From a virus, in IMG/VR virus record IMGVR_UViG_3300017605_000154, positions 1 through 64,000 of that record: a stretch of DNA of 64,000 bases. The stretch is one strand, 5' to 3'. Shown here one piece after another: positions 8,767 through 18,701 of the stretch. Position 1 is the stretch's first letter. The number at the start of each line of letters is the position of its first letter. A model generated the notes under the pieces. The model ran no database searches. It saw only the letters and a list, made by a program, of their open reading frames with translations, and was not told where the DNA came from. The position numbers were made by a program, and so were the translations under genes.

Positions 8767-9087
8767 ATGGCATTCACTCTAACGCGAGGTACTAAGGAGA
8801 TTCTGCCCGTCGATGTCGACGACACGACCGATCAAGCGACGTCTCTAGTAAGTGCGACTAGTGTCCAGTTCGATGTCAAGTTGGCAGACTCACCGTTTAC
8901 ATCGTTCTATTCGAATCAGGCTGCATCAGCTACAGGCATGCGCATTAGTTGCCTTGTCGATACATCGGCAGCGCATCCAAACGGGCTGTGGCCGGAAGGT
9001 CACTATGAGCTTTACGTCGAGTTCGTACTAGCAACTGAAAGCGTACGACTCGGCCCGATCGACATTTACGTAATCGGCCAAGGTTAG
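8767..9087 (+). CDS. small Ig-like adaptor protein, paralog of 15374-15667
   Basis: MAFTLTRGTKEILPV...RLGP versus MAVVLTKGTVEFLPI...RLGP. Confidence 0.7.
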   Translation: MAFTLTRGTKEILPVDVDDTTDQATSLVSATSVQFDVKLADSPFTSFYSNQAASATGMRISCLVDTSAAHPNGLWPEGHYELYVEFVLATESVRLGPIDIYVIGQG

Positions 9088-9096
9088 GAGAGAACC

Positions 9097-9654
9097 GTGG
9101 GCAAAGTTGGTTATCAGGATGGATTGAAGGCAGCATACCAGCGGATCAAGAAGCTCGATCCCGCAGGCTGCAATCCAAACTATAATCCTGACGATCCTGA
9201 TGCTATCCCTGTGGATCAGTTGAAGGCTTGGGACAAAGTTCATCGCACCCTGAAGATCCTCAAGGAAGATCACGATGCGGCAGTTCCTACCAACGGTGGC
9301 GGTAATGGTGGTGGCGGTGGTGGCGGCGGTAATCCGCCTCCCGTTAAGAGATATGCACCGCGTACTCACAATCTCGGCAATCGCGATCAAGACCCGCGCT
9401 TTTGTTGCAAGCCTGAGTATGGCGTTGTTGACAAGGGAACTCACTACGAAGACGAGATGGGTTGCACGTACACGAAGGAACCGTACGGAACGAATCCAGA
9501 TGGTAAGAGGGATCGCGCCTACATCGTGCCCGGACTAAAGGGTGCGGATTCGATGGATGGTGCAGAGCCTTGCGATCCGTACAGCGCAAATGGCATCTCG
9601 GTTCCTCCCTACCCAGGCGATCCTGTTGCACAAACAGGCTCATATCACAGATAA
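9097..9654 (+). CDS. hypothetical two-domain protein with poly-Gly linker and Cys-containing C-terminal domain
   Basis: AGGAGAG SD; NGGGNGGGGGGGGNPPP linker. Confidence 0.7.
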   Translation: MGKVGYQDGLKAAYQRIKKLDPAGCNPNYNPDDPDAIPVDQLKAWDKVHRTLKILKEDHDAAVPTNGGGNGGGGGGGGNPPPVKRYAPRTHNLGNRDQDPRFCCKPEYGVVDKGTHYEDEMGCTYTKEPYGTNPDGKRDRAYIVPGLKGADSMDGAEPCDPYSANGISVPPYPGDPVAQTGSYHR

Positions 9655-10168
9655 AATAAGCGACGAGGTTCTAGTTGAAACTGTCGAGTACCTATCGCGT
9701 GTTCTGTTTAGAACTCGAGGTATCCACTCTAAACTACGCGATGACATACGGCAAGAGATCGCAGTTGCACTCATAAAGGCGCGAGAGAATTTCGATCCAT
9801 CTAAAGCAAGCTGGAATACCTACGCAAATCGTATTGCATTCTACACACTGAGAGAGTATCTGCGGAGTAATTATATTGACGGGAAAGAGTATAAGAAGGG
9901 GCTACAGTCGCCAATCAACTATGTAGCTTTCGAGGAGTTAACAAGTGAGCCGTCCACTACTGAACAGTACGATAACCTTACCACTACAGAGTTGCTTGGA
10001 ATTTGCAAGACGGATAAGGAACGATTCGTAGTTCTATGTCTTATGGCGGGCTACAATTCGGCAGAGATAGAGAGAATGCTACGAATCGGGCAGGGAAGGC
10101 TTACGAAGACTATCTTGCGCTTACGGATCGCGAGCTTGAAATACTTGAGGTTACAGCAACCGGATTGA
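9542..10168 (+). CDS. sigma-70 family (ECF-like) sigma factor; start uncertain
   Basis: Region-2-like DDIRQEIAVALIKARENFDPSKASWNTYANRI; region-4-like TDKERFVV...GYNSAEIERMLRI. Confidence 0.75.
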   Translation: MRIRWMVQSLAIRTAQMASRFLPTQAILLHKQAHITDKISDEVLVETVEYLSRVLFRTRGIHSKLRDDIRQEIAVALIKARENFDPSKASWNTYANRIAFYTLREYLRSNYIDGKEYKKGLQSPINYVAFEELTSEPSTTEQYDNLTTTELLGICKTDKERFVVLCLMAGYNSAEIERMLRIGQGRLTKTILRLRIASLKYLRLQQPD

Positions 10169-10305
10169 CTAGTGAGGAAACAGCAAAAGAGTTGTTCATA
10201 GCTTTCCAGACTGTAAAGACCTATAAGAAGAGGATTATTCTAAAATTGGACGCGAAGAACATGGTTCACGCAGTAGCTAAAGCTATCAGGCAAGGACTGA
10301 TCTAG
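10036..10305 (+). CDS. stand-alone LuxR/GerE-type HTH regulator
   Basis: LTDRELEILEVTATGLTSEETAKELFIAFQTVKTYKKRIILKLDAKNMVHAVAKAIRQGLI. Confidence 0.9.
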   Translation: MSYGGLQFGRDRENATNRAGKAYEDYLALTDRELEILEVTATGLTSEETAKELFIAFQTVKTYKKRIILKLDAKNMVHAVAKAIRQGLI

Positions 10306-10340
10306 ATGGGTGTCCCGCTAGGACTACCGAAGGGATAAGT

Positions 10341-10820
10341 ATGAGGGCCGAGTACGAAGCACATACATCAGCAGCAGTAGCCCTTGCCGCTGCGACTACC
10401 GCAAAAACGATTTTCGGAATTAAGGGCGATACAGGATACGCACTCGATCTTCTCAAGTGGTGGTTTACTCTAGATGGAGTATCGGCATCTGAGAAGCCTA
10501 TCTACATTGAACTGTGTTATTGCACGTGGGCAACAAACGCTCCTGGTACAGCCTCAACGTCGGAAACACCGAATCAGGTTGCTGGCCCTAGAATTGCGGA
10601 AACGTTTGCTGCCGGTCGTAACTGGACTTCTGAGCCTACTGTGCTTACGCCGATCGAAGTGTTCGACTACGATCCTTATAAGGCGTACTACGGTTACGAC
10701 TTCTCGCTTGGTGATTCGCCTGACTCAGCGAATGCGGAAGGTTTTGCTGTTCGTATGACTATTCCATCGGGCGGTGCTGCTGTTAACGCTCGTACAGGAA
10801 TGCGAGTTGCGAGAGCTTAA
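10341..10820 (+). CDS. probable virion structural protein
   Basis: Beta-rich, SD, heads the second structural cassette. Confidence 0.6.
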   Translation: MRAEYEAHTSAAVALAAATTAKTIFGIKGDTGYALDLLKWWFTLDGVSASEKPIYIELCYCTWATNAPGTASTSETPNQVAGPRIAETFAAGRNWTSEPTVLTPIEVFDYDPYKAYYGYDFSLGDSPDSANAEGFAVRMTIPSGGAAVNARTGMRVARA

Positions 10821-11137
10821 TGCCAACTGCATGGCCTCCAACTCCTTTACCTCCTATCCCACCATTTGAAGCTTGGGGATGGGAAGCACTGGTCGCTCTT
10901 GGAGAGTATCTAAAAAGTCGTGGATGGACAGTACGAAATCCAACTACCCAGGAACGTAATCAGATTTTCGATCCGATTCGTTGCGATCTAGGTCATAGTG
11001 CAACAGGTAGATACGTTGTATCCCCACAGGGTACAGAATATCCAATGGCTGTTTGCTCAACAGGACATGGTAGGGAGAATAGACGTGCTGTATTTACTTG
11101 TTGGCCCCCCTGGTATCAGGACACGTATCTAGTATGA
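10820..11137 (+). CDS. hypothetical protein (Pro/Trp-rich)
   Basis: TAATG and ATGA coupling on both sides. Confidence 0.65.
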   Translation: MPTAWPPTPLPPIPPFEAWGWEALVALGEYLKSRGWTVRNPTTQERNQIFDPIRCDLGHSATGRYVVSPQGTEYPMAVCSTGHGRENRRAVFTCWPPWYQDTYLV

Positions 11138-13008
11138 GTCTACGATTCCTAGATGGATTTGAGCATGGCGTACTTTCAAGTGCTGGCGGCGGTCTTTACA
11201 GTAACATCGCTAACTTCTCAACGGTTGCAGACATAGTAACTTCTCCAGTTAAGACTGGTAATCGCTGCCTTCGCTTGAGAAATTCCAGTCGTATTAGTTA
11301 TGACTTTGGGAACTCTCCTGCAATAGCAATGATTGGTGCTTGGGTTCGTTTTGAAGCATTACCAGCAAGCGGCCCCCTTGACATATTTGGTATTGAATCA
11401 TCTGGATCACCGGGCGCCTGGGTCAATCTCAATACAGACGGTACAGTTACACAGGCCGCTTATGATGGTGCGGTTGCGATTGAAGATAGTCCTAACAGCT
11501 CCGGGACACTCGTGATTGGAAGGTTCCATTGGATCGCCTTCTATGCTGATATGTCAAGTAATCCCTGGGTTGTTCGCACAAAGATAGATCAAAATGCTGT
11601 ACGTGAATATCAGCCAGCAATAGCGGGCACAGTAATCGCTAGAGCAAATATTTGGCACAACAATTTTGTAGAGGCGGGCGACCTTACTCGTTATTATGAT
11701 GACGCTGTAATTTATGCTGGAAGCACATCTGACTGGCCTATTACTCCCAAGCGTATTTATCCTAAGGCTCTTAATGCTGTCGGTACTCATAACCTGGAAG
11801 CTGCAACTTCAAAGTTTTACTTTAAGGATATCGCGGGTACGGAAACCGCACTTACTACCTCCGAAACGACTAGTCATCAGGTTATTGATGATTCACCTCT
11901 AGACCAGGACGTAGACCACGTTCTTTTAAAGGGCGTAACAATCCAGTTCGGTACAAGTGTAGAATCACACACTGGTACAACCGGCTCTGTTAGTCAGGCA
12001 TCATTTGATATTTCGATTGCTCTGAACGCACGTTGTCGTGGAGTTCTAGTCTTTACGTTTGATGCGAATGCAAACGCAAACGATGCAACTAGCGTTAAGA
12101 TCAATCCAGCAGGTGCCAATATTGATGTTCCAGCCGTTGCGTCAAGCTTGGCAACAGATACAGCAATTGAGCCGGGTTCATGTCGAGCTTGGTTCATCGG
12201 TACAGGTTTAGCTAGCGTTGTTGGAACAACCGTTACCGTTCGCGTGAATCGAAATAACAACGCGAACACTATGTATGCAGTTGCTATTGCGATTAATGCG
12301 GACACTGATCTTGAAACAACTGGTGTAGCTGTGCAGAACGACGACGGCGCAATTGCCGAATTGTCGGTCAATGACGGTTCGCCAGGACAGAACTCTATGC
12401 GATTTGCAGGAGCCTATTACGGTGGAGCTGCTCCGCCTACGGCTGGTGCAAACTCAACGCTCTTGCAGAGTATCGACTTGGGTGCATTCGGTATTGCTGT
12501 TTCGCGTGAAACAACAGCCGGTCAGGGCGCACGAAATGTTGGACTAGTCGGAGCATCAGATGACCGTGCTTATACAGTATTGGCTGTTCGTGGTGTAACT
12601 CCGCAAGCTACTGCATCTCACTACGCAGAATATGCACTTGAGGATACTACTGACATATTTGAAGCAAAAGCTATACGTATTATTTCAGCAATGAGACAAG
12701 ACACCGCCGCTGCTTGCACTATTGATCTAAACGTCTTTGACGGTACTACCGGAAATGATATTGAAAATGATCTAAACATCAATAGTGCTTCCAATATTTA
12801 TCGAGTGACTGTTTTGACTACTAATCCTTCTGGTGGCTTATGGCTTAACACTATCTTCAATGCTCTAAAACTTAGATGGGGTAAATCAATTAGTGCGGCG
12901 GGGATTCCCCGTCTAGCAGCTTTGCAAGCTGAGATACTGCTCGATGATGTTAAGCATACACCTATTTATAATCGCCAAGATTCACAACACAGGGCGAGTC
13001 GCTGGTAA
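11134..13008 (+). CDS. virion protein with N-terminal ConA/LamG-like lectin domain
   Basis: FLDGFEHG...SPVKTGNRCL...FHWIAF...YYDDAVI pattern; start MSLRF via ATGA overlap. Confidence 0.6.
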   Translation: MSLRFLDGFEHGVLSSAGGGLYSNIANFSTVADIVTSPVKTGNRCLRLRNSSRISYDFGNSPAIAMIGAWVRFEALPASGPLDIFGIESSGSPGAWVNLNTDGTVTQAAYDGAVAIEDSPNSSGTLVIGRFHWIAFYADMSSNPWVVRTKIDQNAVREYQPAIAGTVIARANIWHNNFVEAGDLTRYYDDAVIYAGSTSDWPITPKRIYPKALNAVGTHNLEAATSKFYFKDIAGTETALTTSETTSHQVIDDSPLDQDVDHVLLKGVTIQFGTSVESHTGTTGSVSQASFDISIALNARCRGVLVFTFDANANANDATSVKINPAGANIDVPAVASSLATDTAIEPGSCRAWFIGTGLASVVGTTVTVRVNRNNNANTMYAVAIAINADTDLETTGVAVQNDDGAIAELSVNDGSPGQNSMRFAGAYYGGAAPPTAGANSTLLQSIDLGAFGIAVSRETTAGQGARNVGLVGASDDRAYTVLAVRGVTPQATASHYAEYALEDTTDIFEAKAIRIISAMRQDTAAACTIDLNVFDGTTGNDIENDLNINSASNIYRVTVLTTNPSGGLWLNTIFNALKLRWGKSISAAGIPRLAALQAEILLDDVKHTPIYNRQDSQHRASRW

Positions 13009-15383
13009 TGGCTAGATATAAGCGAGCCGATCGTTTTTCTCCGACGCTTACGCATCGTGCGCTAGTTCCTACTGGCGCTACCGGAGCATATACCGACGCC
13101 GCGACAGTATATCTCGATATCCAGGCTAGCAGTAGCGATACCGCACAGTTCGTAGACGGTGGAGTTGCTGGTGTTACCGCTTCCGACAATTTTAATCGCG
13201 CTAATGAAACTCCTATCGGATCGCCCTGGGTACGATTGACAGGTAGCACAGGACTAGCAGACCTAGATTCAAACCATGTAACAGTCCTTACTGCACAGCA
13301 AGGTGATAAGCTCTACTATCACAGTAGTCTAGCAGGTGTAGTGGGTGCAACACAATTTTCGGAATGTGTCGTAGGACAGGTTACGACAGATGGTGGCCCT
13401 GCTGTAAGAATCGGCGGCGGAACTGGATTTAGTGCTTACATTTTCAACGTAGTAACGTTTGCTATTTGCGCTTTCAACAATGGCGCGTTCGTAATAATCG
13501 GATCAGACCTTTCGGCGTTTGTGTTTACTGATTCAGTCATTCGTTTGGAAGCTGAAGGTAACACAGTTCGAGTATATATTGACGGTATCCTACGTGATAC
13601 TAGATCAGATACACTAGTACCTAATGCTGGCAATGGTCCAGGCTGGCATCTCTATGATTCTGCCGGATCAGCAACAAAGAATATTGATAACTGGTCGGGC
13701 GGAGATATCGGTGTCGCCGCTTATGTCTATCTCGATCTTCAACCATCCGCTACTGAAACAAAAGAAATTCCCGATACCGCGACTGTCTACGTCGACATTC
13801 AAGCAATTACGACAGTTGAGACAGCGCAGTTTGTCGACAGTAACACTGCATACGTTGATTTGCAGGCGAGTGGCACCGAGGCGCGAGAAATCGCCGACAC
13901 TGCAACGGTGTATATTGACCTGCAGGCGTCCGACACTCAGATATTCGAAGGAGTCGATAGTGGCAACGTTCCCCTACTATTCACGGTATCCGCAGTCGAA
14001 CTACGCGACCGATTCGACAGCGACAACATCTACTTGGATCTCTCTGTCCAATACGTCGAATTGGCCGAGTTGGCCGACGCAGCCACCGTATACGTGGACG
14101 TCCAAAGCAGCAGCACAGATATCGCTCAGTTCGTTGACGCGCAGACAGTTGGACTCGTTCTGGCTCCGTCGAGCGCGGACACAATTCAAGCAGTCGATGC
14201 TGACTCGGTATATTTCGACCTTCAGGCATCTGGTACCGAATTCGTTGAGCGTGCAACTCTCGACGCGGATACGGTGTACCTCGATATCTCAACCACATCG
14301 ACGCAAGTCTTTGAAGGCGTTGATGCGCAAACCGTCTATGCTCTACTAACGCCTAGTGCGACTGACGTAGCTGACTTTGCGGAAGCAGCTTCAGTCTACC
14401 TCGATATTCAAACAAGCGATACCCAGGCTTTTGCAGGCATCGATGCGGCAACCGGAAATCTCGTTATCACCATTACGAGTTCCGACATCATCATTGCCGT
14501 CGATACTGACTCGGTATATTTCGATCTGCAGGCATCGGGGAACGAATCCCAATCCGGCGCAACTAATGATGCGGACACGATCCTGGTCGATCTGCAGACT
14601 TCTGATACTCAGGTCTTCGAGGGCGTAGATGCTAACTCTGTGCTGGTCGATCTGCAGGTTGCGTCCACGGAGGAGTCTGCCACTGTTGACGCAACTACAG
14701 CTTTCGTAGCTATTACGCCGAGCGCAGCGGATACAGCGCAGTATGTAGAAGCCACTAGCGTTTACCTCGACCTGGATGCTTCCGGAACGGACGTCAAAGA
14801 AGGACTGCAGACCGACGCAGCTACGGTACTTGCCGATCTTCAACCATCAGGAACGGATAGCGCCGATTACGTCGAAAGCGCCAGCGTCTACATCGACCTG
14901 CAAGCTTCCGGTGTAGATCAGTATATTGCGCCGACGCAAGATTCTGATACAGCATATCTGGATTTGCAGGTAACGCAATCCGACATCGCTGCTACTAACG
15001 ACGCAGCTACAGCGTACTTCGACATTAATGTCATTCAGCAGGACATCGCGATCTTCCTGGATGCTGCAACGGCTGTGGTGGGGTTGCAGCCGACAAGCAG
15101 CGAACTGCGTGAAATTTTCGAGTCTGCACAAGCATATCTTGATTTGCAAGTCGCTGCGATCGAGGTACCAGCATACATCGAAACGTTCACTGTTCCCCTG
15201 TACATATTTCCGACCTCGACGGAGTACAGAGAGGTTACGGATGCAGGCTCGGTTTACCTTGATATCAACATATCAGGTCAGCCGATTCTGCTTGCTGTAC
15301 TATCCGGGAAATTGCTTGGCCGCGTATGGGCAGCGAACTTCGGTAACAAGTGGAGAGGGCAGGTGATTAACCGATGGCAGTAG
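13008..15383 (+). CDS. fibre-like protein: ~27 x 20-aa DAATVYLDLQAS repeats with an inserted lectin/SPRY-like domain
   Basis: Repeats read directly from the translation; DNFNRAN...IDNWSGGD domain at ~aa 51-234. Confidence 0.75.
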   Translation: MARYKRADRFSPTLTHRALVPTGATGAYTDAATVYLDIQASSSDTAQFVDGGVAGVTASDNFNRANETPIGSPWVRLTGSTGLADLDSNHVTVLTAQQGDKLYYHSSLAGVVGATQFSECVVGQVTTDGGPAVRIGGGTGFSAYIFNVVTFAICAFNNGAFVIIGSDLSAFVFTDSVIRLEAEGNTVRVYIDGILRDTRSDTLVPNAGNGPGWHLYDSAGSATKNIDNWSGGDIGVAAYVYLDLQPSATETKEIPDTATVYVDIQAITTVETAQFVDSNTAYVDLQASGTEAREIADTATVYIDLQASDTQIFEGVDSGNVPLLFTVSAVELRDRFDSDNIYLDLSVQYVELAELADAATVYVDVQSSSTDIAQFVDAQTVGLVLAPSSADTIQAVDADSVYFDLQASGTEFVERATLDADTVYLDISTTSTQVFEGVDAQTVYALLTPSATDVADFAEAASVYLDIQTSDTQAFAGIDAATGNLVITITSSDIIIAVDTDSVYFDLQASGNESQSGATNDADTILVDLQTSDTQVFEGVDANSVLVDLQVASTEESATVDATTAFVAITPSAADTAQYVEATSVYLDLDASGTDVKEGLQTDAATVLADLQPSGTDSADYVESASVYIDLQASGVDQYIAPTQDSDTAYLDLQVTQSDIAATNDAATAYFDINVIQQDIAIFLDAATAVVGLQPTSSELREIFESAQAYLDLQVAAIEVPAYIETFTVPLYIFPTSTEYREVTDAGSVYLDINISGQPILLAVLSGKLLGRVWAANFGNKWRGQVINRWQ

Positions 15384-15667
15384 TGCTAACTAAGGGTACT
15401 GTTGAATTCCTTCCAATTCGTGTATCTGATGCGCTAGGCAATCTCGGAACGCTGGATGGAACTGGATTGGCTTACGATCTGTACCACGATGACGAAGCTG
15501 AGACTGTAGTGCTTACGAGCCAAAGCGCGCAGAACGATGGCATGCTTGCACTTCCGCTAATTGATACAACAACACTCGCTGAAGGGCCATATTGCGTGTT
15601 TATCAAGTTTACAACCTTCCCCGAAACACCGCGTCTCGGGCCGTACAAGTTCCGCGTCGATGATTGA
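15374..15667 (+). CDS. small Ig-like adaptor protein, paralog of 8767-9087
   Basis: Shared N-terminal LTxGTxExLP and C-terminal RLGP. Confidence 0.7.
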   Translation: MAVVLTKGTVEFLPIRVSDALGNLGTLDGTGLAYDLYHDDEAETVVLTSQSAQNDGMLALPLIDTTTLAEGPYCVFIKFTTFPETPRLGPYKFRVDD

Positions 15668-17039
15668 CAAAGCTAAAGTCTTTGAAGAGGTAGGGTACGA
15701 ACCTCACCCTGCACAGAAACTCTTCCACGACTCCGAAGCTAGGCATCGTATTGCATGCTGCGGTCGCCGCTTCGGTAAGTCACTCATGGCCGGACACGAA
15801 ATGACGGCTGCGCTGTTCGTGCCGAATTCTGTCTACTGGATCGTCGGCCCAACCTACAAGCTCGGCGAAAAAGAGTTTCGTGTTGTCTTCGATGATTTCT
15901 TCCGCAAGCTCCCATTCGCACAGGACAAGCGATTTAAGAAGGCGTACAATCTCGACCAGGGCAACATGCGAATCGAGACTCCGTGGAATTCACGCCTTGA
16001 GGTAGTCTCGGCAGATAAGCAAGACTCACTCGTCGGTGAAGGTCTTGACGGCGTCATCATGTCTGAGGCAGCACTGCATAAGAAGGATACTTGGCAGATG
16101 TACATTCAGCCTGCCTTGCTTGACAAAAAGGGCTGGGCAATCTTCCCATCGACGCCTCGCGGACACAACTGGTACGAGGACATCTACATGATGGGCCTCG
16201 ACCCAACTATGTCGAATTGGGATTCGTGGCGATTCCCCACATGGGCGAACACTGCGATCTTCCCTGAAGGTGAGAACGATCCAGAGCTAATTGCAATCAA
16301 GAAGGATGCTTCGGAGTTTCACTGGCTGCAGGAGTACTGCGCTGAGTTCACTGCAATCGAAGGAAAGATTTACAGCGAGTTCGATCGACGTGTTCACGTT
16401 ACAGATATTGCCTACAATCCGATGTGGGCGAACTATCAAGCATGGGATCATGGCTTCGCTGATCCTACCGTCTGCCTCGACATTATGGTAGACAACCTCG
16501 ACAACGTCTACGTATGGCGCGAGTATCAGGTGAGGCGCAAGACCACCACAGAGCATGCGCTAACTTTGATGACGCGAGAGAATCCATACGGCTATCACGT
16601 CGATGGACGTTTCGGTGGTACTGCAGATGCTAACGAGCATGCAACGATTGGCGCTGTTATGGGGCCAGTCATTTCTAGGGTCACACCTTGGATTCATGGC
16701 ATCGAAGCTGTGAAGCGAGCCATGAAGATCCAGAACGATGGTCGGCCCAAGTTCTTTGTGGATCGTTCATGCACCGAACTTATTAGACAACTCGAAAACT
16801 TGCGAACTCCGGATGAGAGGCTTGGAAGGAATGCGAAGGAAGGTCAGCACGATTACGACGACCACGGCCCTGATGCCCTTCGATATTTCTTTAATGAGAA
16901 GTTTGTCTGGGGATACCACGCTGGGAGCCTGGGTGCCGTCTATAGTGCGCAACCAGGGAAGGTTCCATTGGAATCACTTTTGACATACGACGCACAACTC
17001 ACAGTGCCGGGAGCAATTTCCTATGGCCCGCAGATTTAG
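15660..17039 (+). CDS. terL: terminase large subunit
   Basis: PHPAQ, Walker A CGRRFGKS, Walker B-like VIMSEAA, STPRG, nuclease AWDHG and DHGPDALRY. Confidence 0.95.
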   Translation: MIDKAKVFEEVGYEPHPAQKLFHDSEARHRIACCGRRFGKSLMAGHEMTAALFVPNSVYWIVGPTYKLGEKEFRVVFDDFFRKLPFAQDKRFKKAYNLDQGNMRIETPWNSRLEVVSADKQDSLVGEGLDGVIMSEAALHKKDTWQMYIQPALLDKKGWAIFPSTPRGHNWYEDIYMMGLDPTMSNWDSWRFPTWANTAIFPEGENDPELIAIKKDASEFHWLQEYCAEFTAIEGKIYSEFDRRVHVTDIAYNPMWANYQAWDHGFADPTVCLDIMVDNLDNVYVWREYQVRRKTTTEHALTLMTRENPYGYHVDGRFGGTADANEHATIGAVMGPVISRVTPWIHGIEAVKRAMKIQNDGRPKFFVDRSCTELIRQLENLRTPDERLGRNAKEGQHDYDDHGPDALRYFFNEKFVWGYHAGSLGAVYSAQPGKVPLESLLTYDAQLTVPGAISYGPQI

Positions 17040-18498
17040 CCCTCGCATCTTCGCGCAGGATCGGCCGGACTTTACCGATCCGCGAAAGGTCGAATCGGGT
17101 ACATCTCTCGCCTCCAAGGGAACTGTTCCCGTTCCTGCAGATGCGATGAAGGAACAGGGATCTTCGACCCCCGTCAAGATTCCAGACGTTGTTCCCAAGT
17201 TCGTCAATCGCCAGCAAGCGATTCGCGTTTACGAGGAGATGCGGAACAGCGATGTCACGGTGGACGTGTCATTGCGCGCAACGAAAGTTCCGATTCAGGG
17301 CGCACAGTTCTTCATGCAGCCCTTCGATGACAAGCCCATCAATCACGATATCCATGAGTTCACAGAATTCAATATCTTCCAAGGTGGATCGCGTCCGTTC
17401 ATCCTAGTGCTGGAAGATATCCTCCGCATGTTCGATGATGGTTTTTCAATTCTCGAACCTGTGTGGGAAACGCGCGAATGGTCGCCTAAGCGCGCAGGAT
17501 CGAATCGCAAGAAGTATACGATGCTGCGCAAGCTCGCTGCTCGCCCCGGTGCAACCATTTCAGAAATCAAGTACGACGACAATGGTGGCCCGACGAGTGT
17601 CGTGCAGAATGCAGTGAAGACGGACGGCACCACAGAAGAGGTTGAAATCGACATCGAGAAGCTGTTGATCTTCACCTTCGGTGGTGTTGGTGGCGACTTG
17701 CTCGGCAAGTCAATTCTCCGCACTGCATACGAGCCGTGGTTCTACAAGAACACGCTCTACAAGATCGACGCTATTCAGAAGGAAAGGAATGCTCTCGGCG
17801 TTCCAGGCATGAAGCTTCCAGAAGGCTTCACGACCGCCGATGTTAGCGCAGCCTGGGAAATGGTGACAAACATGCGCACTAACGAACGCGCAGGGTTTGT
17901 TGAGCCCCCTGGCTTTGAGTTCCGTTTTGAGCGACTAGAAGGGCAGCCTGTCAATATCCTGCCTTCTATCGAACATCACGATGCTCGCATCCTTCTGAAC
18001 GTTATGGCGCAGTTCCTACTTCTCGGTCTGCAGGGCGGTGGCGGTCGCGCTACATCAGGTGCGCACGTCGACATGTTCCAGAAGGCGATGAAGTATGTTG
18101 CCAACTATATCTGCGGCGTTTTCAATCTCTACCTCATTCCTCGACTCGTCGGTTACAACTTCGATACGACTGAGTTCCCGACGATGCGTGTTCGGAATGT
18201 GGGCGAGACGAAGGATCTGCAGATGTGGGCTTCGGCGCATGCCAACCTGTTCTCGCAGGAAATCCTCACGAAGACATTCGAGACGGAAGAGTGGTATCGC
18301 GAAAATCTCGATATGCCGTATCTCACGAAGGAAGAGTACGATGCAGCACAGGAAGCTATCAAGGCTGCAGCTTCTTCCTTCGGCGGTGCTGCTCCCACAA
18401 ATGGAAACGGCAACGGCAAGGGTTCCGTTAATACCGAGAACGTTCGAAGCGGAACGGGAAATACAAACACTACGCCGGGAGCCGAAAGTGTTTCGTAA
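17023..18498 (+). CDS. portal protein (Mu gp29/DUF935-like)
   Basis: Follows TerL; GFSILEPVW, GKSILRTAY, ERNALGVP, LIPRLVGYNF. Confidence 0.9.
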   Translation: MARRFSPRIFAQDRPDFTDPRKVESGTSLASKGTVPVPADAMKEQGSSTPVKIPDVVPKFVNRQQAIRVYEEMRNSDVTVDVSLRATKVPIQGAQFFMQPFDDKPINHDIHEFTEFNIFQGGSRPFILVLEDILRMFDDGFSILEPVWETREWSPKRAGSNRKKYTMLRKLAARPGATISEIKYDDNGGPTSVVQNAVKTDGTTEEVEIDIEKLLIFTFGGVGGDLLGKSILRTAYEPWFYKNTLYKIDAIQKERNALGVPGMKLPEGFTTADVSAAWEMVTNMRTNERAGFVEPPGFEFRFERLEGQPVNILPSIEHHDARILLNVMAQFLLLGLQGGGGRATSGAHVDMFQKAMKYVANYICGVFNLYLIPRLVGYNFDTTEFPTMRVRNVGETKDLQMWASAHANLFSQEILTKTFETEEWYRENLDMPYLTKEEYDAAQEAIKAAASSFGGAAPTNGNGNGKGSVNTENVRSGTGNTNTTPGAESVS

Positions 18499-18516
18499 GC
18501 TTCAGGAGGTACTGAA

Positions 18517-18687
18517 TTGGCGAAATCAGGGTCGAGTGCATGGTCCCATTCGGAGCCTGGAAGTGGCCCTACGCCCGTATACACTGACGACAATGACAAA
18601 GCAATCAAAGGTGGATGGCGAAGAGATACGCCGCCGATTGCTTACCCCGCAGTATGGCCTCCTCCCGACCCCGAACCAGAAGAGTAG
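18517..18687 (+). CDS. 56-aa Pro-rich hypothetical protein (not in ORF track)
   Basis: AGGAGG SD 7 nt before TTG; MAKSGSSAWSHSEPG...WPPPDPEPEE fills the portal-protease gap. Confidence 0.6.
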   Translation: MAKSGSSAWSHSEPGSGPTPVYTDDNDKAIKGGWRRDTPPIAYPAVWPPPDPEPEE

Positions 18688-18701
18688 GGGGTGAATGAAT
18701 A

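Noticed and set aside
4997-15383. Diversity-generating retroelement acting on the fibre genes
   Set aside because: No reverse transcriptase and no TR/VR pair with adenine-specific differences; the repeats are diverged at protein level
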